The notes under the pieces: model-generated
What the model saw: only the letters and a program-made list of their open reading frames with translations
What the model was told of the DNA's origin: nothing
Databases searched by the model: none
Position numbers and translations under genes: made by a program
From: Eledone cirrhosa
Lineage: Eukaryota
Assembly (NCBI GenBank): GCA_964016885.1
Contig: OZ024745.1
Location: 74,648,001-74,712,000 of the forward strand
Length of the DNA: 64,000 nucleotides
Direction: 5' to 3'
In this document: one piece after another, positions 1 to 12,816 of the stretch
How positions within the stretch are numbered: the first letter of the stretch is position 1
Layout: the number at the start of each line of letters is the position of its first letter

Positions 1-336
1 ATCTTAATAATGGGAAATTTAGTTATATTATTAAATCTATTAAAATTCTTGATTACTTGAAAATCACAAGCAGTCTTTTAGGAGAAATGTGGTAACGAAA
101 GAATTAAACATTTTAGTACTTACTTTACTATAAAAATGAAGTTTTACTAAGCTAAATGCACCCATACAGCCAGCATAAATACTTTTTAAAGAAGCTAAGG
201 AAAAATGGAAAGAACCATTCAAGGCAGAACTGAAACTTACATTATGTGGCATAATGTTGTATTGCAAAATTGTCCACCTTGTGGTGGACAATGGAAGAAA
301 TTGACTTAAAAACAGCGATATTATTATTTATTATTA

Positions 337-530
337 GGGCGGTGGATTGGCAGTATCGGTAGAGGGTCGGACGCCATGCTTTGATGCATAGAGTTACGGC
401 CCTTGCCATTTTGCGTTCAAATCCCGCTGAGGTTAACTTTGCCTTTCATCCTTATGGAGTCGATAAAATAAAGTACTAGTAATACACTGAGTAATTGCTG
501 GCCTTGTGCCAAAAGTAGAAACAATTATTA
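337..530 (+). mobile_element. tRNA-derived SINE, full-length (~190 bp)
   Basis: A-box-like TGGCAGTATCGG and B-box GTTCAAATCCC, central GCCTTTCATCCTTAYGGRGTCGATAAAATAAAGTAC, tail GTAGAAACAATTATT; about 12 similar copies in the window. Confidence 0.9.
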
Positions 531-864
531 TTTATCACCATGTCTTCCCAGGTTGAACATCACCATAATTAAAGTAATTCCATCTTTGAGTATCCAGTCT
601 TTTTATGGGTATTAAGAGCTACATAATCATTTAACATCGGTTTCTATGTTGGCACTTGTCAAACAGTTTCTTACGGTCCAAGACAAGACGAATCAGATAA
701 CCATATCTTTCCCATAGATTCCACATTATGGTATGGTGTGTCTATTTATATTTTTAAGATGACAACCTCTCCTGAGCACTCAATGGAATGTGAGACTGTA
801 CATAAGCAAGACCAAGTCCCTGGCCTGCCTGGCTCCACTTCAGTACTAACTTGGTCTATATGTA

Positions 865-914
865 TCCATCCAACCCTTGCTAGTAGGGAAAACTGACATT
901 TAAACGATGATGAT
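865..914 (+). repeat. 3' tail fragment of the RTE family ending in (GAT)n
   Basis: CCATCCAACCCTTGCTAG...AAACGATGATGATG resembles the reverse complement of the RTE 3' end at 14097-14150; similar tails near 25585, 45575 and 58430. Confidence 0.6.
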
Positions 915-1153
915 GGCAGAGATTTGTTGCACTGATGATTTCAACAATATGTAAACTGCCTCACTTCATTGCTATTTGTAACATAATATATACTATAGTA
1001 ATATAAAAGAAATGAAATTACTAAATCAATAGCAAATGAATTTCCAAACAATACTGTTACAGAGAGAATGAGACAGTCCCCATAGGTATGTAGAGATCTC
1101 ACTAAGGAGTAAACTTTTCCTCTCGTTTATGGCATTTATAGTTCTTTCCTCTA

Positions 1154-1338
1154 GGATTGGAAGTATCGGTAGAGGGTCGGACGCCATGCTTTGCAGCAAA
1201 GAGTTACGGCCCTTTATGGTCTGAGTTCAAATCCCGCCGAGGTTAACTTTGCCTTTCATCCTTATGGGGTCGATAAAATTAAATACCAGTAATGTACTGG
1301 TTATTGCTGGCCTTGTGCCAAAAGTAGAAACAATTATT
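1154..1338 (+). mobile_element. tRNA-derived SINE
   Basis: Near-identical to the copy at 337-530. Confidence 0.9.
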
Positions 1339-1494
1339 TAATTTTGTTTTTATCTTTTTTTTTTTTTATATTTCTATCATTGTATAAATTCTTTTTGTAA
1401 AATGTACTTGACATAATTTGTCTCTCTATAATTGACTGAATAAAAAATTTCGTAATTTCATACAGAAGTGTATTCCTATGGGCATATGCATACA

Positions 1495-2060
1495 TTTATA
1501 TGTATGAGTACATAAATATAAACGTGCAAACACAGACACATTTACAAAAATACACTCACAGAAATACACATTCATTCACACAAACACACACACATACATT
1601 TATACAAACATACACATACACTCGCACACAGCGTAGCTTTTCACCATATACATTCACGTAGGCAGCAGAAAGTAAAGAGAGAGTAGTATGAGGTAGTCAA
1701 ACTACTCCTCTCTCTTTACGTGTTGTGACAGAATCGCAGAAATTTATATATGGATGTGCATGTATATTGATTCTTTAATTAATTTACATGGATTCTACTC
1801 ACATATAACTTTCAAGTGTAACATCTACGTTGTTTACACACATATATACTACCATACACATGCCTAGACACATACTAGCGTATATAGGACGTCTATATAT
1901 ACGTCTGGATACAAATACATCTATACATTTACACACACAAACACATAAATACTACAGTATACAGATATAGACATATATACATATAAAAGCACATAAATAT
2001 CAACACTGCGTAGGAACATCTACACATATTTATACACACACACACACACATATATATAAA
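1495..2060. repeat. (CA)/(TA)-rich degenerate microsatellite region
   Basis: Repeated ACACAC and ACATAT runs. Confidence 0.7.
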
Positions 2061-2254
2061 CATATAGCGTTAGTAATTCTTCTATGATATATAATCATAA
2101 AGATTAGAATGCCTATTTATTTAATGCATGCCTGTTAAATTAAGAGACTTAGGTAGTCTTACATTTAAAATTCTAAGATTGCTTCTTCGTTTTGTTTACA
2201 TATTTTTCTATTATACAATGCAGTAAAGATGCATAATAAATTAATATTATAATA

Positions 2255-2410
2255 TCCAATACCAAATCCATGAGATCGGCTACCCTCGCTTGGGGATCCA
2301 GCTGGATCAGCTGGAGACAGTTGCTTCTGACAGGACCCGTTGGAAGGAATGTTAGAGGACTCTTCCCCCAGAAAACATCTCAGGAATAAGTGGGTGACGA
2401 CGACGAAGAA
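2255..2410 (+). mobile_element. RTE-like LINE extreme 3' fragment
   Basis: GGGATCCAGCTGGATCAG...AATAAGTGGGTGA is shared with the longer coding fragment at 43420-44000. Confidence 0.65.
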
Positions 2411-2819
2411 GTTAATTGTTGTTTAACTACAAGACAGATCTCATCCAGTAGATCTATTATCAAAGACCATCTAGTTATGAGCATTCGGTCTTTTTTTTCT
2501 TTTTAATTAATGTATCCAGAACAATACTATCTGATATATCATTCCTTTTTTAATACGGTACTGTACGACATGAGAGAAATGTGGTTGCTAATGCTAATTC
2601 TAGCAAATCGAGCCGAACGTAAGACTCCCTCGAAGTTAGTTTTAAACGAAGGCGTGGATGAGAAATAGAACAGAACAAAATCAATATACAGAACAGTGAT
2701 ATAAAGGCAACCAGATAACAACATGTCATTCTTTGAAATATTTTTCAAGAAAAAAAGGAAAAGTTGGGAATTTTATAAAACAAAATATCCCTGTCTGCTT
2801 ACACATTTTGAAGAGATCG

Positions 2820-2943
2820 TGTGCTGGCGTGGCAACCGGAAGAAAGAATCACCAGTTAGAACTTCCTATGTTGTTGATATATTAGCCGGTTGTCTCCCCG
2901 TTCTTCCCAGACTTTGTGTATAATGTAACACGTGTGTGTAAGT
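2820..2943 (+). promoter_or_regulatory. Candidate promoter / non-coding first exon of the + strand ZNF gene
   Basis: Locally CpG-richer patch with ETS-like CCGGAAG (2836-2842) and consensus donor GTAAGT (2938-2943), 3 kb upstream of the conserved acceptor at 5935. Inference only. Confidence 0.35.
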
Positions 2944-3077
2944 CTAATGTTTCTGATAAAGCGGTGTCTCTCCAACTTTTGCTGCGGAATATTTTGACGG
3001 TTTAAGAAAAAAAAGTTCGTAAAATCTCCATACCTATATTTTACGGATAATTCTTCTCCATCTTAATTTTAATAAGT

Positions 3078-3394
3078 TTATAAAACACCCTCATCAATTT
3101 CAGTGAGAAATAATTATTTTTTCTTGTTTTCCTTTTTCGTGTGCTACTAATTAATCTTACCCCCGAACATGTCACAAATAAATTTTCCCGGAAAACGCAG
3201 GGAGAACCCTCGGACCTGCCCTCCCACCTCCCGGAGTTTTTTTACCCCCTAACCCAACTCCATGAGAGGAGGTGAAAAGTCCGAATAACACACCTCTTCT
3301 CCCTTCGTTGCCAGGGGGTTTAGGAACATATTCGAAAATAAGTTTAACACGAAAAATAATTATATTCCAGTGAAATTAATGTAGTGTTCTATAA
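3078..3394. mobile_element. Fold-back / MITE-like element
   Basis: Imperfect ~50-bp inverted arms (TTATAAAACAC...AATTTCAGTG...AATAATTATTTTT versus AAAAATAATTATA...CAGTGAAATT...GTGTTCTATAA) around a GC-rich core. Confidence 0.55.
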
Positions 3395-3715
3395 TAAAAT
3401 AATAATTTCAATGACACTAAAATTGTTTTTTATAAAGAATTTATTAGTACGCGAAAACCATTTTGAGAAATGCTACGTTAGAGGATGATTCGATTTCGGT
3501 ACTATAAATCAAATAGTTAAGTTTGCAGTTAATTATATCTAATATATATTTTAGCTGCGTTAAAGCTTCCGTACCACCACTCGTTTTTGTTTTTCTCCGG
3601 CCATTCGTCCGTTTTAATTATACTCTTCTATTTTTCACATATATATATATAAACATACCGTGATCCAACCAAATGCAGGGTGTCTTTCTATAAATTTACC
3701 ATTATTTTTAATACA

Positions 3716-3847
3716 GTCCCTTTACGATCTGAGTTCAAATCCCGCCGAGGTTGACTTTGCCTTTCATCCTTACGGGGTCGATAAAATAAAGTACCAGTAA
3801 TGCACTGGGTAATTGTTGGCCTTGTGCCTAAAGTAGAAACAATTATT
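3716..3847 (+). mobile_element. 5'-truncated SINE
   Basis: B-box to tail of the same SINE family. Confidence 0.85.
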
Positions 3848-5464
3848 TTTAATACAGTAAAGTGGGATTCGAATGGAACCTATTTGCAGACAGAGCACGC
3901 AGAGTCTCACTCATATATACACAATAATTATTTTGTTGATGTTATTTGATTTATCATGTGTCGGATACAATTGAATTACCGAACTGAAATAATTGAAAGT
4001 ATTTCTGAACTTATGTCACCGGTAACATTCTGGTAGGGGAGAAAATTATGAGACACCGCCTTATTGATATGATGAATGTTAATGTTTATAGTTATCTCAT
4101 GTTATGGCGAATGTTAATGCTTCAGGGCCGGTATACTATCGCCTTCGTGATTAGATGCTCTATTTCTTCATAAATATGAATTACAGAGTTGTCAACTAAC
4201 TTGAACGAAAATGCTGAAAAATTGTAGTTAATGGTGGAAAAGCTTAGCAGAAATTAAAATAGTTTTTAGCTACTTTGCTGTAAGTTTGGATGTTACTGTA
4301 TTAATTGTGTATTATTACTGATTTTTAAACTTTAAAATTACGGATGCACTTAATGCATGAGAACTATGTATTTTAATGTGTTTATATTTAGCTAAAAGTC
4401 TTCCATCATCATTTTATGTAGTAAATAAATATATACATATACATCAGGTCCGAACCCAATGGAATCAAAACTTCCACTGTCACTGCCTCATTTCTCCCGC
4501 TTTCCCCATCTCTTACTATTATAAGCAAATGTGGCCTCAGCAGACAGAATAGGTAAGTCGCTTCTCCGGAGGATGGTGAGGGATACGTGCTTGAAGAGCC
4601 ATTCCAACTTGCGAGGCTCACATCTGCGGGTAGCCAACTCCGTGTCGATGGTGGTATTTTGTGTTGAGCTATGTTCCAAACACCAGCTTAATAATGAGAA
4701 AGTTTTATAAATAAATCCTTTCAAATTCTTGATTATTTTCAAAATTACTTGAAAATCATTGATAGTATCCTTCATTAGGAATATGATAATGAAAGGTTAG
4801 AGCATTTATGTAAAAATGTATAAACAGCTTTTATTTATTTTAATAACTTACATTTATCATTATCATTTATCTGAAATATTTACTTAGTTACATAAATTGT
4901 TTGTTGTGGATAGAGTTATAGTCTCAATGTGGACAACTATACAACAGAAGATTTTCTTTTATTTATATATATATATAATTTTATATAAATTATATTTACA
5001 TTAAATGATTTTAAGATTATAATAAATGATGACATTCCTATATAATAGCGATGGAAATGATCTACTTGTCTTAGTTATTTAAACAATCTTTGGATTAGTT
5101 GTACAATAAAAAATAAGTTAGATCGTTCTAATCAAATATTGTGGAGCAAAAGACAAAACATCATAAATGTTGGAGTACTCTTAAAATGCCGAACTTTTCT
5201 GCAAAATACATGAATACCAGATGAGAAAGGAAATGCTGGAAATTCCTGTTTAGTGCAGGTTAATTGACAAGCCAGAAATTAGTTGTGCCCCATTTAGTGT
5301 TATAGTTTACCATAATTTTGTAATTCATATTACCTTCCACATGTATATTTATTTTCTGTGTGTATCTTTTTTATCAACACAATTATAAAAAATAATTTAT
5401 ATTAAAAAAAGTGGGAGAAGACCCACACACTCAACCACATGCCATAAGGGCGCTAGATTTTCCC

Positions 5465-5788
5465 ATTAATAATTTTTGAGGCAATCCAACACACTTATAG
5501 CATTGTTGTGGATGATAATGAAGTTTAAGGCGCTGGAATACCCAAGCAATCTTGCAGGCATCACCAGATACAGCAGTAAGGTGAACCACTGATAATAACA
5601 AGAACCTTGTAGTCAGCAATCCAGCCACCCCAAACATTTCAAACGTCACTGGATGAAAAATTTGGTATCCCAAATGAGCCATCTACTTGCTCCAGGGCAA
5701 GAGTATAACTATCTGACCTCTTTCCATCAATCCTGGACAATCCAGTTGGCTCCAGAATTGAGGGGATATTGACTTGAGCCAAGTGCTA
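5465..5788 (-). mobile_element. CRE-like non-LTR retrotransposon 3' fragment (RLE region)
   Basis: FHPVTFEMFGVAG..T.RFL...AWVFQRL matches the C-terminus of the copy at 52553-52759. Confidence 0.75.
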
Positions 5789-5914
5789 ACACAATATATA
5801 CATATACATTGCACTTTTTCTACTATCCATATTTATGAGGAGTACTCATCACAAACATATATATATATACACACACACATTGATTTTCCTTCTTATAATC
5901 TGTTTTACACCATC

Positions 5915-5935
5915 ATATCTTTTCTTGATTTATAG
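5915..5935 (+). promoter_or_regulatory. Predicted splice acceptor of the ZNF coding exon
   Basis: Polypyrimidine tract plus TAG (tcttttcttgatttatag); the homologous tttctgattttgcag-like site lies on - at ~20288, 33969, 48061 and 60625. Confidence 0.6.
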
Positions 5936-6231
5936 TTTTGCTGAATCTTCAATTACACCAACTCTCATAGAATCTCGATGTCACCAGAATGTCAGCTGCC
6001 AATCATTTATAGATTTTCTATATTTGTTTAATGTACATAGTATCCATTAACTCTATTCACATTTCATAACTTAGAAGTAAGATGTCTGTCACATGGACAA
6101 GATCTATATCGGATAATTTCCAGGCATGTAAACAGAGTCCCATGATATCCAAAACAAAAAAAACAACAGAATCCTAATAGATTCATTCTTATGAAGAGTT
6201 ATCAACTTTTAAGAAATCTTCAGTAATTAAT

Positions 6232-7581
6232 ATGGAGAAATTTAATCACTTTGACAATTCTATTGAAACAGTTTTTAACAATATAGATTCAGTGACAGAG
6301 ACATACAATGATAAGAAACCTTTATGTAGTGAAACATTTACGGAACAAATATCAGTAGAGAGAAGAGAGATTAGTGAAGTCTTCATGCACAAAGAAATAC
6401 ATGCTAAGAGGAAAATTTACCATTGTGAAATATGTGGGAAATTTTTTAAATCTAATAGTAATTTAACAAGACACAAAAGAACACACACTGGAGAAAAACC
6501 CTATCAGTGTGAAATATGTAAGAAATCTTTCACTCTGAATTCTCATCTTACTATCCACATACGTGGACACACTGGGGAAAGAGACTATCATTGTGAAATA
6601 TGTGGAAAATCCTTTATCACTAACAGTCACTTGAAAGCACATAATAAATTACACACTGGAGAAAAACTCTATTGTGAAATCTGTGGAAAATCTTTTGTCT
6701 ATGACAGTCATTTAAAAACTCACAAAAGAACACACACTGGGGAAAAACCATTTCACTGTGAAATCTGTGAAAAATCATTCACTGAAAATTCCAAACTGAA
6801 GATCCATAAAAGAACACACACTGATGAAAAACCATATTGTCAAATATGTGGGAAATCATTTGTCAATAAAAGAAATCTAACAAAACACCAAAAAATACAC
6901 AATGGAGAAAAGCCATTTCACTGTGAAATATGTAGTAAATCCTTTATTTCTAATGACCACTTAGAAACACACAAAAGAATACACACTGGAGAAAAACCCT
7001 TTTGTGAAATATGTGGCAAATCTTTTAAGTGTAATAGTAATTTAACAAAACACCAAAAGATACATGCTGGAGAAAAATCGTTTCACTGTGAAATATGTGG
7101 GGCATCTTTTGCTCAAACCTCTACACTTACAGTTCACAAACGTAGTCATACTGGAGAAAAACCATATTTCTGTGAAATATGTGGAGCATCTTTTGTTTCT
7201 AAAAGTAATTTAACAACACATAATAAAATACACACAGGAGAGAAACCTTATCATTGTGAAATATGTGGAAAATCTTTCATTAATAATTCTGAAGTTGTTA
7301 TCCACAAACGCACACACACTGGAGAGAAACCCTATCACTGTGAAATATGTGGAAAATCATTCTCTGTAAATTCTCATCTTGTAGTTCACAAAAGAAGACA
7401 CACGGGTGAGAAACCCTATCATTGTGAAATATGTGGGAAATCTTTCATTGAACATTATAGTCTTGTAGTTCACAATAGAATACACACTGGAGAAAAACCT
7501 TATCACTGTGAAGTATGTGGGAAATCATTTGTCTCTAGCAGTTGTTTAACAAAACATATTAGAATACATACTGGAAGCTAA
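6232..7581 (+). CDS. Tandem C2H2 zinc-finger protein, 449 aa, 14 fingers (locus 1)
   Basis: Intact ORF with 14 CxxC..HxxxH units and TGEKPY-type linkers; ~50-aa leader homologous to those of the - strand copies. Confidence 0.93.
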   Translation: MEKFNHFDNSIETVFNNIDSVTETYNDKKPLCSETFTEQISVERREISEVFMHKEIHAKRKIYHCEICGKFFKSNSNLTRHKRTHTGEKPYQCEICKKSFTLNSHLTIHIRGHTGERDYHCEICGKSFITNSHLKAHNKLHTGEKLYCEICGKSFVYDSHLKTHKRTHTGEKPFHCEICEKSFTENSKLKIHKRTHTDEKPYCQICGKSFVNKRNLTKHQKIHNGEKPFHCEICSKSFISNDHLETHKRIHTGEKPFCEICGKSFKCNSNLTKHQKIHAGEKSFHCEICGASFAQTSTLTVHKRSHTGEKPYFCEICGASFVSKSNLTTHNKIHTGEKPYHCEICGKSFINNSEVVIHKRTHTGEKPYHCEICGKSFSVNSHLVVHKRRHTGEKPYHCEICGKSFIEHYSLVVHNRIHTGEKPYHCEVCGKSFVSSSCLTKHIRIHTGS

Positions 7582-7735
7582 CCTTTGTCATTGTGAAATA
7601 TGTGAGAAATATTTCATTGAACATTCTAAGATTGCAATGCACAAATATAGACACACTGGAGAAAAACTGTATCACTGATATATGTTGTAAATCTTTTATC
7701 AATAAAAGTGGTTTAAAAACTCATGAGGAAATATA
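7582..7735 (+). pseudogene. Decayed zinc-finger units downstream of the locus 1 stop
   Basis: CATTGTGAAATATGTGAGAAA...CACACTGGAGAAAAA continues out of frame, with stops. Confidence 0.75.
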
Positions 7736-9002
7736 TTAAAAACCATCATTAATAATCACCTGAGAATCCTGAACACATGCACTCTGAAGGAATGTAACTT
7801 AACACTTATGAATATGAGAAATTCTTCTCTTACATATCTAAAGTTATTGTCTACCAATAAATACACATGAGAAAATATGATAGTGAAATATGTTGGAAAT
7901 CATGTAGTTGGCAAATGAATAAACACCTGACAAAGATCTATATATATATATGAGGAATGATTCTCTGTGAACTATGTTTACATGCATAATCCACAGGTGA
8001 ATACAGACTGCTGAATGATTTATTTACTGTTATTTGTCATTACAGTCTGTTTAACAGACATAATTTCAGTAATCATGATACCTTACACATGTAAAATTTC
8101 AAAAGTCATGTTAAATATGAGCAAATATATAAAAAAGAAAAAGAACAAATAACAGAAACTTATTTAAAATTTTGTAAATCAATCTTATTTTAATTATTTT
8201 CTGATAACTATCATATTTGTTTATTGGTATTTTTTGTACAGTCTAAACTATTTTTTCTAAAAAATTGATTTTAAATATTTTTGAATTTATAATAAGATAT
8301 TATTGAATAAAAACTGTCTCTATTCAGAACTCAGACAAACTTAAAGATAGTATCTCCCACAGCTTGATACATCTAAGGGAGTTGGAGCAATCCAGTAGCA
8401 GTGGTCATATTGCTTCATTGATTGACCAGTTAAAGATATCAATGATCTGTTTCCAGTTTGTCTACAGTGTTAGTGAATCTCATTAGCTTATTGACTTTTA
8501 TACCATGATATCTTCTTGGAGTCTGTTGCTAACTTTTTAGTTGTTGTTGTTGTTGTTTAGCTCCAGGTCAGATAGAGTGGTTAACTTTAATCCAACCAAA
8601 TGATTAATCTGGCAACAACCCATTTCTCAATAATTCAGTACTTCTATTTTGAAGAGGAGTAATAAAACTTTTACTTCTTTTAATCTCATAGTCTTCAAAA
8701 ATCCACTACTTCTTTCTTGTTCCCGCAGTGTTGCGACATAATGATTCATTGGTTTTTACTCATGTTCTACTTATTTTCTCAGGATTTGGGTGAAAGTAAT
8801 CCACAGGTATATCTCAACAGAATTGATTCTTGTCAATGATCATACAATTACCTTTAAATTCCAGCTCATTTTTTATCATTTGAGACAATAAGGATTTGAA
8901 TAAGGTGTGAAATTTCAAAGAAACTACCCTTCTGAATATTTCACATAGTTTTACAATTTCTTGTTGAGTACTTGTAATAGACTTTATCTACACCTCTTCA
9001 GT

Positions 9003-10320
9003 CCTTCCTTCTCATCCCATCCTCATGTCTGAGGATCATGGACATGGACCAGCACTCTCCATCTTTTCCTGTCTCTTGTCATTGCTGTACATTCCACCAA
9101 ACTCCTTCCTGTCCATCTCCTTTTCTGCCGTCCCCTGGTTCTTTTCCCCTGTATTCGTCCTTCAAGGATGTGTGTAGTCAAATTTCAGGCCTTGGTGACA
9201 TGACCAAAATACTGAAGTTTCCTTTTCCTTACTGTTTCAACCAACTGTCGATTGGCACCAATCTCTTCCAAGCCTATAGCACGACATTTCAAATGCACTC
9301 AGTCGTTTCAAGTCAGATGCCTTTAAAGTCCATGACACACAACCATATAGAGTTACTGGCCACACTAATGTTTTGATACTTGCTTTTTGGTGGACTTTGT
9401 AGAGCTTTATCCTGCCAAAGGCTGCTGAGTGTGCTCAGGACTGTTCTTCAGTTGCTAGTCTCGCCCTTATTTCCCAACTTCCCTCTGTCTGCTCAAGTAT
9501 TGAATCTAGGTATTTGAACTGCTCAACTTGTTCAAGCCTGGCACCTTGGCACCATATGTTCATTTCTTCATCTAGTTCGTCTAGTTTCTGCCATTACTTT
9601 TGTCTTTTTGATGTTGATATCCAGACTATATTCCCTTGAAATTCTGTAAACTTTATCCAGCAGTGTTTTTAGATTTTCTATGAGCACTATGTCCCCAGTA
9701 TACTGTAGATTGTTGATCTCTTTCCCTCCAACAGTAACCCCGAGTATATCTACTGACTTTCTCATCACCTCAGAGTAAAGATTGAATGCCAAAGGCGAAC
9801 ACCAGGCATCCCTGTCAAATCCCTCTGTTTACAGTGAACCATTCTGTGAGCTCTTTTCCCACTCTCACTGTTTGTTGCTCGTCATACAGATTCTTTAATA
9901 ATTTTTCCATTGTGCCATTCACTCCCATCCTCTTCAATACATTCCAAAGCGTTGAATGTAATACAGAACCAAACACCTTTTTATAATTTACAAATGCTAA
10001 ATACAAAGGCACATTAAACTCTCTTGCTTTTTCCATGATAATTCTGATATTGAAAATTTGATTCCTGGTCACCGCCTTACTTCTGAAACCCATTTGTTCA
10101 TCTGCACACTGTTCTTCTACCGTTCTCTATGTTCTCTCTAAGAGAATTCGTAGGAGAATCTTGTTAGTGTGGCTAATGAGAGAGATTGTACGGTGTTCTG
10201 TACATTTCACTGTTCCAACGATCTTTAGTATGGGAATAAAAACTGCCTTCTTCCAATCGGCAGGCCACTTGCCTGTTTGTACAATTCTATTGCATAGTCA
10301 GCACAATATTTGGGTGACTT
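9003..10320 (-). mobile_element. Degraded RTE-clade LINE (RT to 3' end)
   Basis: MGFR...TRNQIFNIRIIMEKAREFNVPLYLAFVNYKKVF and NNLQYTGD (decayed YADD); many frameshifts. Confidence 0.85.
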
Positions 10321-10334
10321 AAAGCTGAGGAGAC

Positions 10335-10675
10335 TGCACAACAGGCATATTCCTATGCAGAAAAGTTTACTCTGACATGACCAGGATGAGCATTTGAAAG
10401 GTGATTGGGAACTTCAATAGGTATCAGTCCATTGGCCCTGCACTGGGTGTGCATGAGGCAGGAAAATTTTGGGTAGAAGACTATTGGAAAATGTTGGTAG
10501 TAGATGTGAAGGACATATCTCTCAATGATTGGCTGACTGGAATATTCCTGAAGTAGGGCCCTGTGGATGAGCTGATGATAGAGAACAGCATTACATTTCA
10601 CTTAGAGTTGCTGAAAGAGATACTAAAAAATTGGAATATGAGCTGTTTCTTCAGAGCTGCATATAGGCCAAGTAA
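10335..10675 (+). mobile_element. Gypsy-like LTR retrotransposon integrase relic
   Basis: Manual translation gives ..NRYQSIGPA..WKMLVVDV..IFLK*GPVDELMIENSITFHLE..W....FRAAYRPS, resembling the rve core pattern GP.E...DN...F.S......W......AYRP. Confidence 0.6.
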
Positions 10676-12559
10676 ATTTCAAAAAACAACAAAACAAAGG
10701 AAAAACAAATCATTTCTGGCAATTTTGAAGGCCATATTTATTCAAATCATCAAAAACTGCAGGCAAAACAAATTTCACCTCCAAAGTGAGATAAGTATAA
10801 TAGTAAAAATTTACCATAGAAACTACTATAGTCGTCATTCACAATCAAATGTGACTTTCATTAATGGTTGAGAAGTCCATGTAGCTGCGAACAGGCATAG
10901 ACATTCTCTCAATCCTACCTCCTTTGATCCAATAGAACATCCAGGAGGTGACAGCTGGAAGAGAGGGTTGCACTAGCATTGGGCTAGTACTTTCTTTAAA
11001 TACTTTCATCCAAAAGGATGAAATATGAAGTGGATCACAACAGGATTTGAACTTTGAGCACAGATAGCTAGAATAAAAACCGACCATCTTATAGTAGTAG
11101 TAGATTATCAAAAAATAAAACAAAAGTAAATTGAAAGGTATGTGTTTTAACCCTTTAGTTACCAAACAGACTAAAACCAACTCCGGTTCTATGAAATAAA
11201 ACCACCCATTTAAAGGTTTCCAATTTAAATTTAAACCTTCCAGCATAATTTTATATAAGAACCTTACATTAAGTTACTATCTTAGTAATGAAATAATTAA
11301 TTTTAGTAAATCCCTTGAAATTATTAATTAATTAATCAAAATGGTGTATTTCATTAGAAATGTGGTCATGAAAGAGTTAAGTTACTATCATGGCACTTCT
11401 ATGATGTAATTGTTCCACAGGCTGAATGATACATAATGACATCCTTCATGATTCAGATAGTGGTTTTGCTGGAGTTGGGGTGTTGAGTATAAACAGTCCA
11501 GTTTGAGGAGGTGAGTGATTTTCTTAGTGTTGTAGGCTGTATACTTTACTGTGAAACAGCTATGAGTGAACTACTTGAGGGAGTTGGGTCTGTGTGGAAT
11601 GGGAATCAATATATCTAAGAGGATGGTTTCAGCTGTTTCTGGCATAGCAAGGGTGAGAGAAATTAGATAAATGGAAACTACACAGAAACCCATTGAACTA
11701 CACCTATTCTTAAAAGGTAGACCTAATCTTTCATCTGGTCATTGGTTGCCTTAAGCAGTCGACTCAGAAACCAGTTCGAATTGAATTGTGTTTTCTATCT
11801 ACTTCTCTTTCTAATAATCTCAGGAACCCTGCCAAATCATGAATGCTGTATTTCTTTCTGACTAAACCATAACTATATAATGAGAAAAGGATCCCACCAA
11901 TTACCAAGAATAGAAGGGGCTGCTGAAAATTCCTGAATTTAAAGGTATCATGAAAGGGTAGAGCTGTTACCTTTACATGGGAGATAGGACCGCTGCAATA
12001 AGTGTGTGAATCTGAGGGGAATATGTTGAATAAAATCATAATTAACTGATACACCTGTATTTTCTTTTACCCAAAGCCAGGAATTTTTCAGCACCCCCTT
12101 GTACAACTCTGGGCACATTTCTAACTTATATACACAACAATAAATGTGTAAAGTCTCTGTTAAATATATGAACTCAAAAGGGATCCTCTACATGAAAGAA
12201 ATATCACTGAAATCATGCCCTAATGTAGAAGGACACAATAAACAATGAAGTCCACATCAGACTGTTTCAAAGATCTGTTGTGGTGGAGTGGTGATTGAGA
12301 TTATAGAAAACTTACATAATAGAACATAAGGAAATATTTTTTGTTTCATGAGAAGGGGTAGATTTGACTCATATTGATATGGAGTGTGTACTTTAGATGA
12401 CAGACAACTAATGCACACAACAGAATGCGAGGATATTTGTTTTGTTTTATAATAGAAGAAGAAATAGATTTGTCAACTCATACTGGCACGAGGAAGGTGT
12501 ACCTGAGATGAGAGACAACATACACAAATAGAAAATCATTGAAAATGTTTGAGAGCGGA

Positions 12560-12815
12560 TTGTTAAATAAACAGAAAGTTTGAAGAAGGAAGACGTATTT
12601 TTTGGTCAATCATATAATTGAAATAAAATAAATATTGACAATGCCAAACAACAAAAACGAATTGCTAAAAAAAAAAAAATGTTTTCAAGAAAAAGTGGAA
12701 TATTTTTATTTTGTAACAGAGGTAAAGGATAAAATACAATACTTGATATGTCTGTATAATATTGCTGTACGAAAAGAATATAACATAAGGAGACATGAAA
12801 CAAAACTGGTACAAT
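12560..12815 (+). mobile_element. hAT (SPIN/GTF2IRD2-like) transposase relic, BED-type finger part
   Basis: FQEKVEYFYFVTEVKDKIQYLICLYNIAVRKEYNIRRHETK. Confidence 0.75.
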
Positions 12816-12816
12816 A

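Noticed and set aside
337-430. Functional tRNA gene
   Set aside because: A/B boxes are present but embedded in a ~190-bp dispersed repeat with a SINE body and tail; no clean cloverleaf.
1689-1697. let-7 microRNA (TGAGGTAGT)
   Set aside because: Only 9 nt match, the rest of mature let-7 is absent, and the match lies in the hairpin loop region.
4440-4690. Possible internal exon (AG/GTAAGT at ~4551) or LINE fragment
   Set aside because: GC-richer patch with no convincing translation and no paralogous support.
6232-7581. Assigning vertebrate gene symbols (ZNFxxx, PRDM9)
   Set aside because: Similarity would reflect only the generic finger consensus; no SET or KRAB domain and no evidence of orthology.
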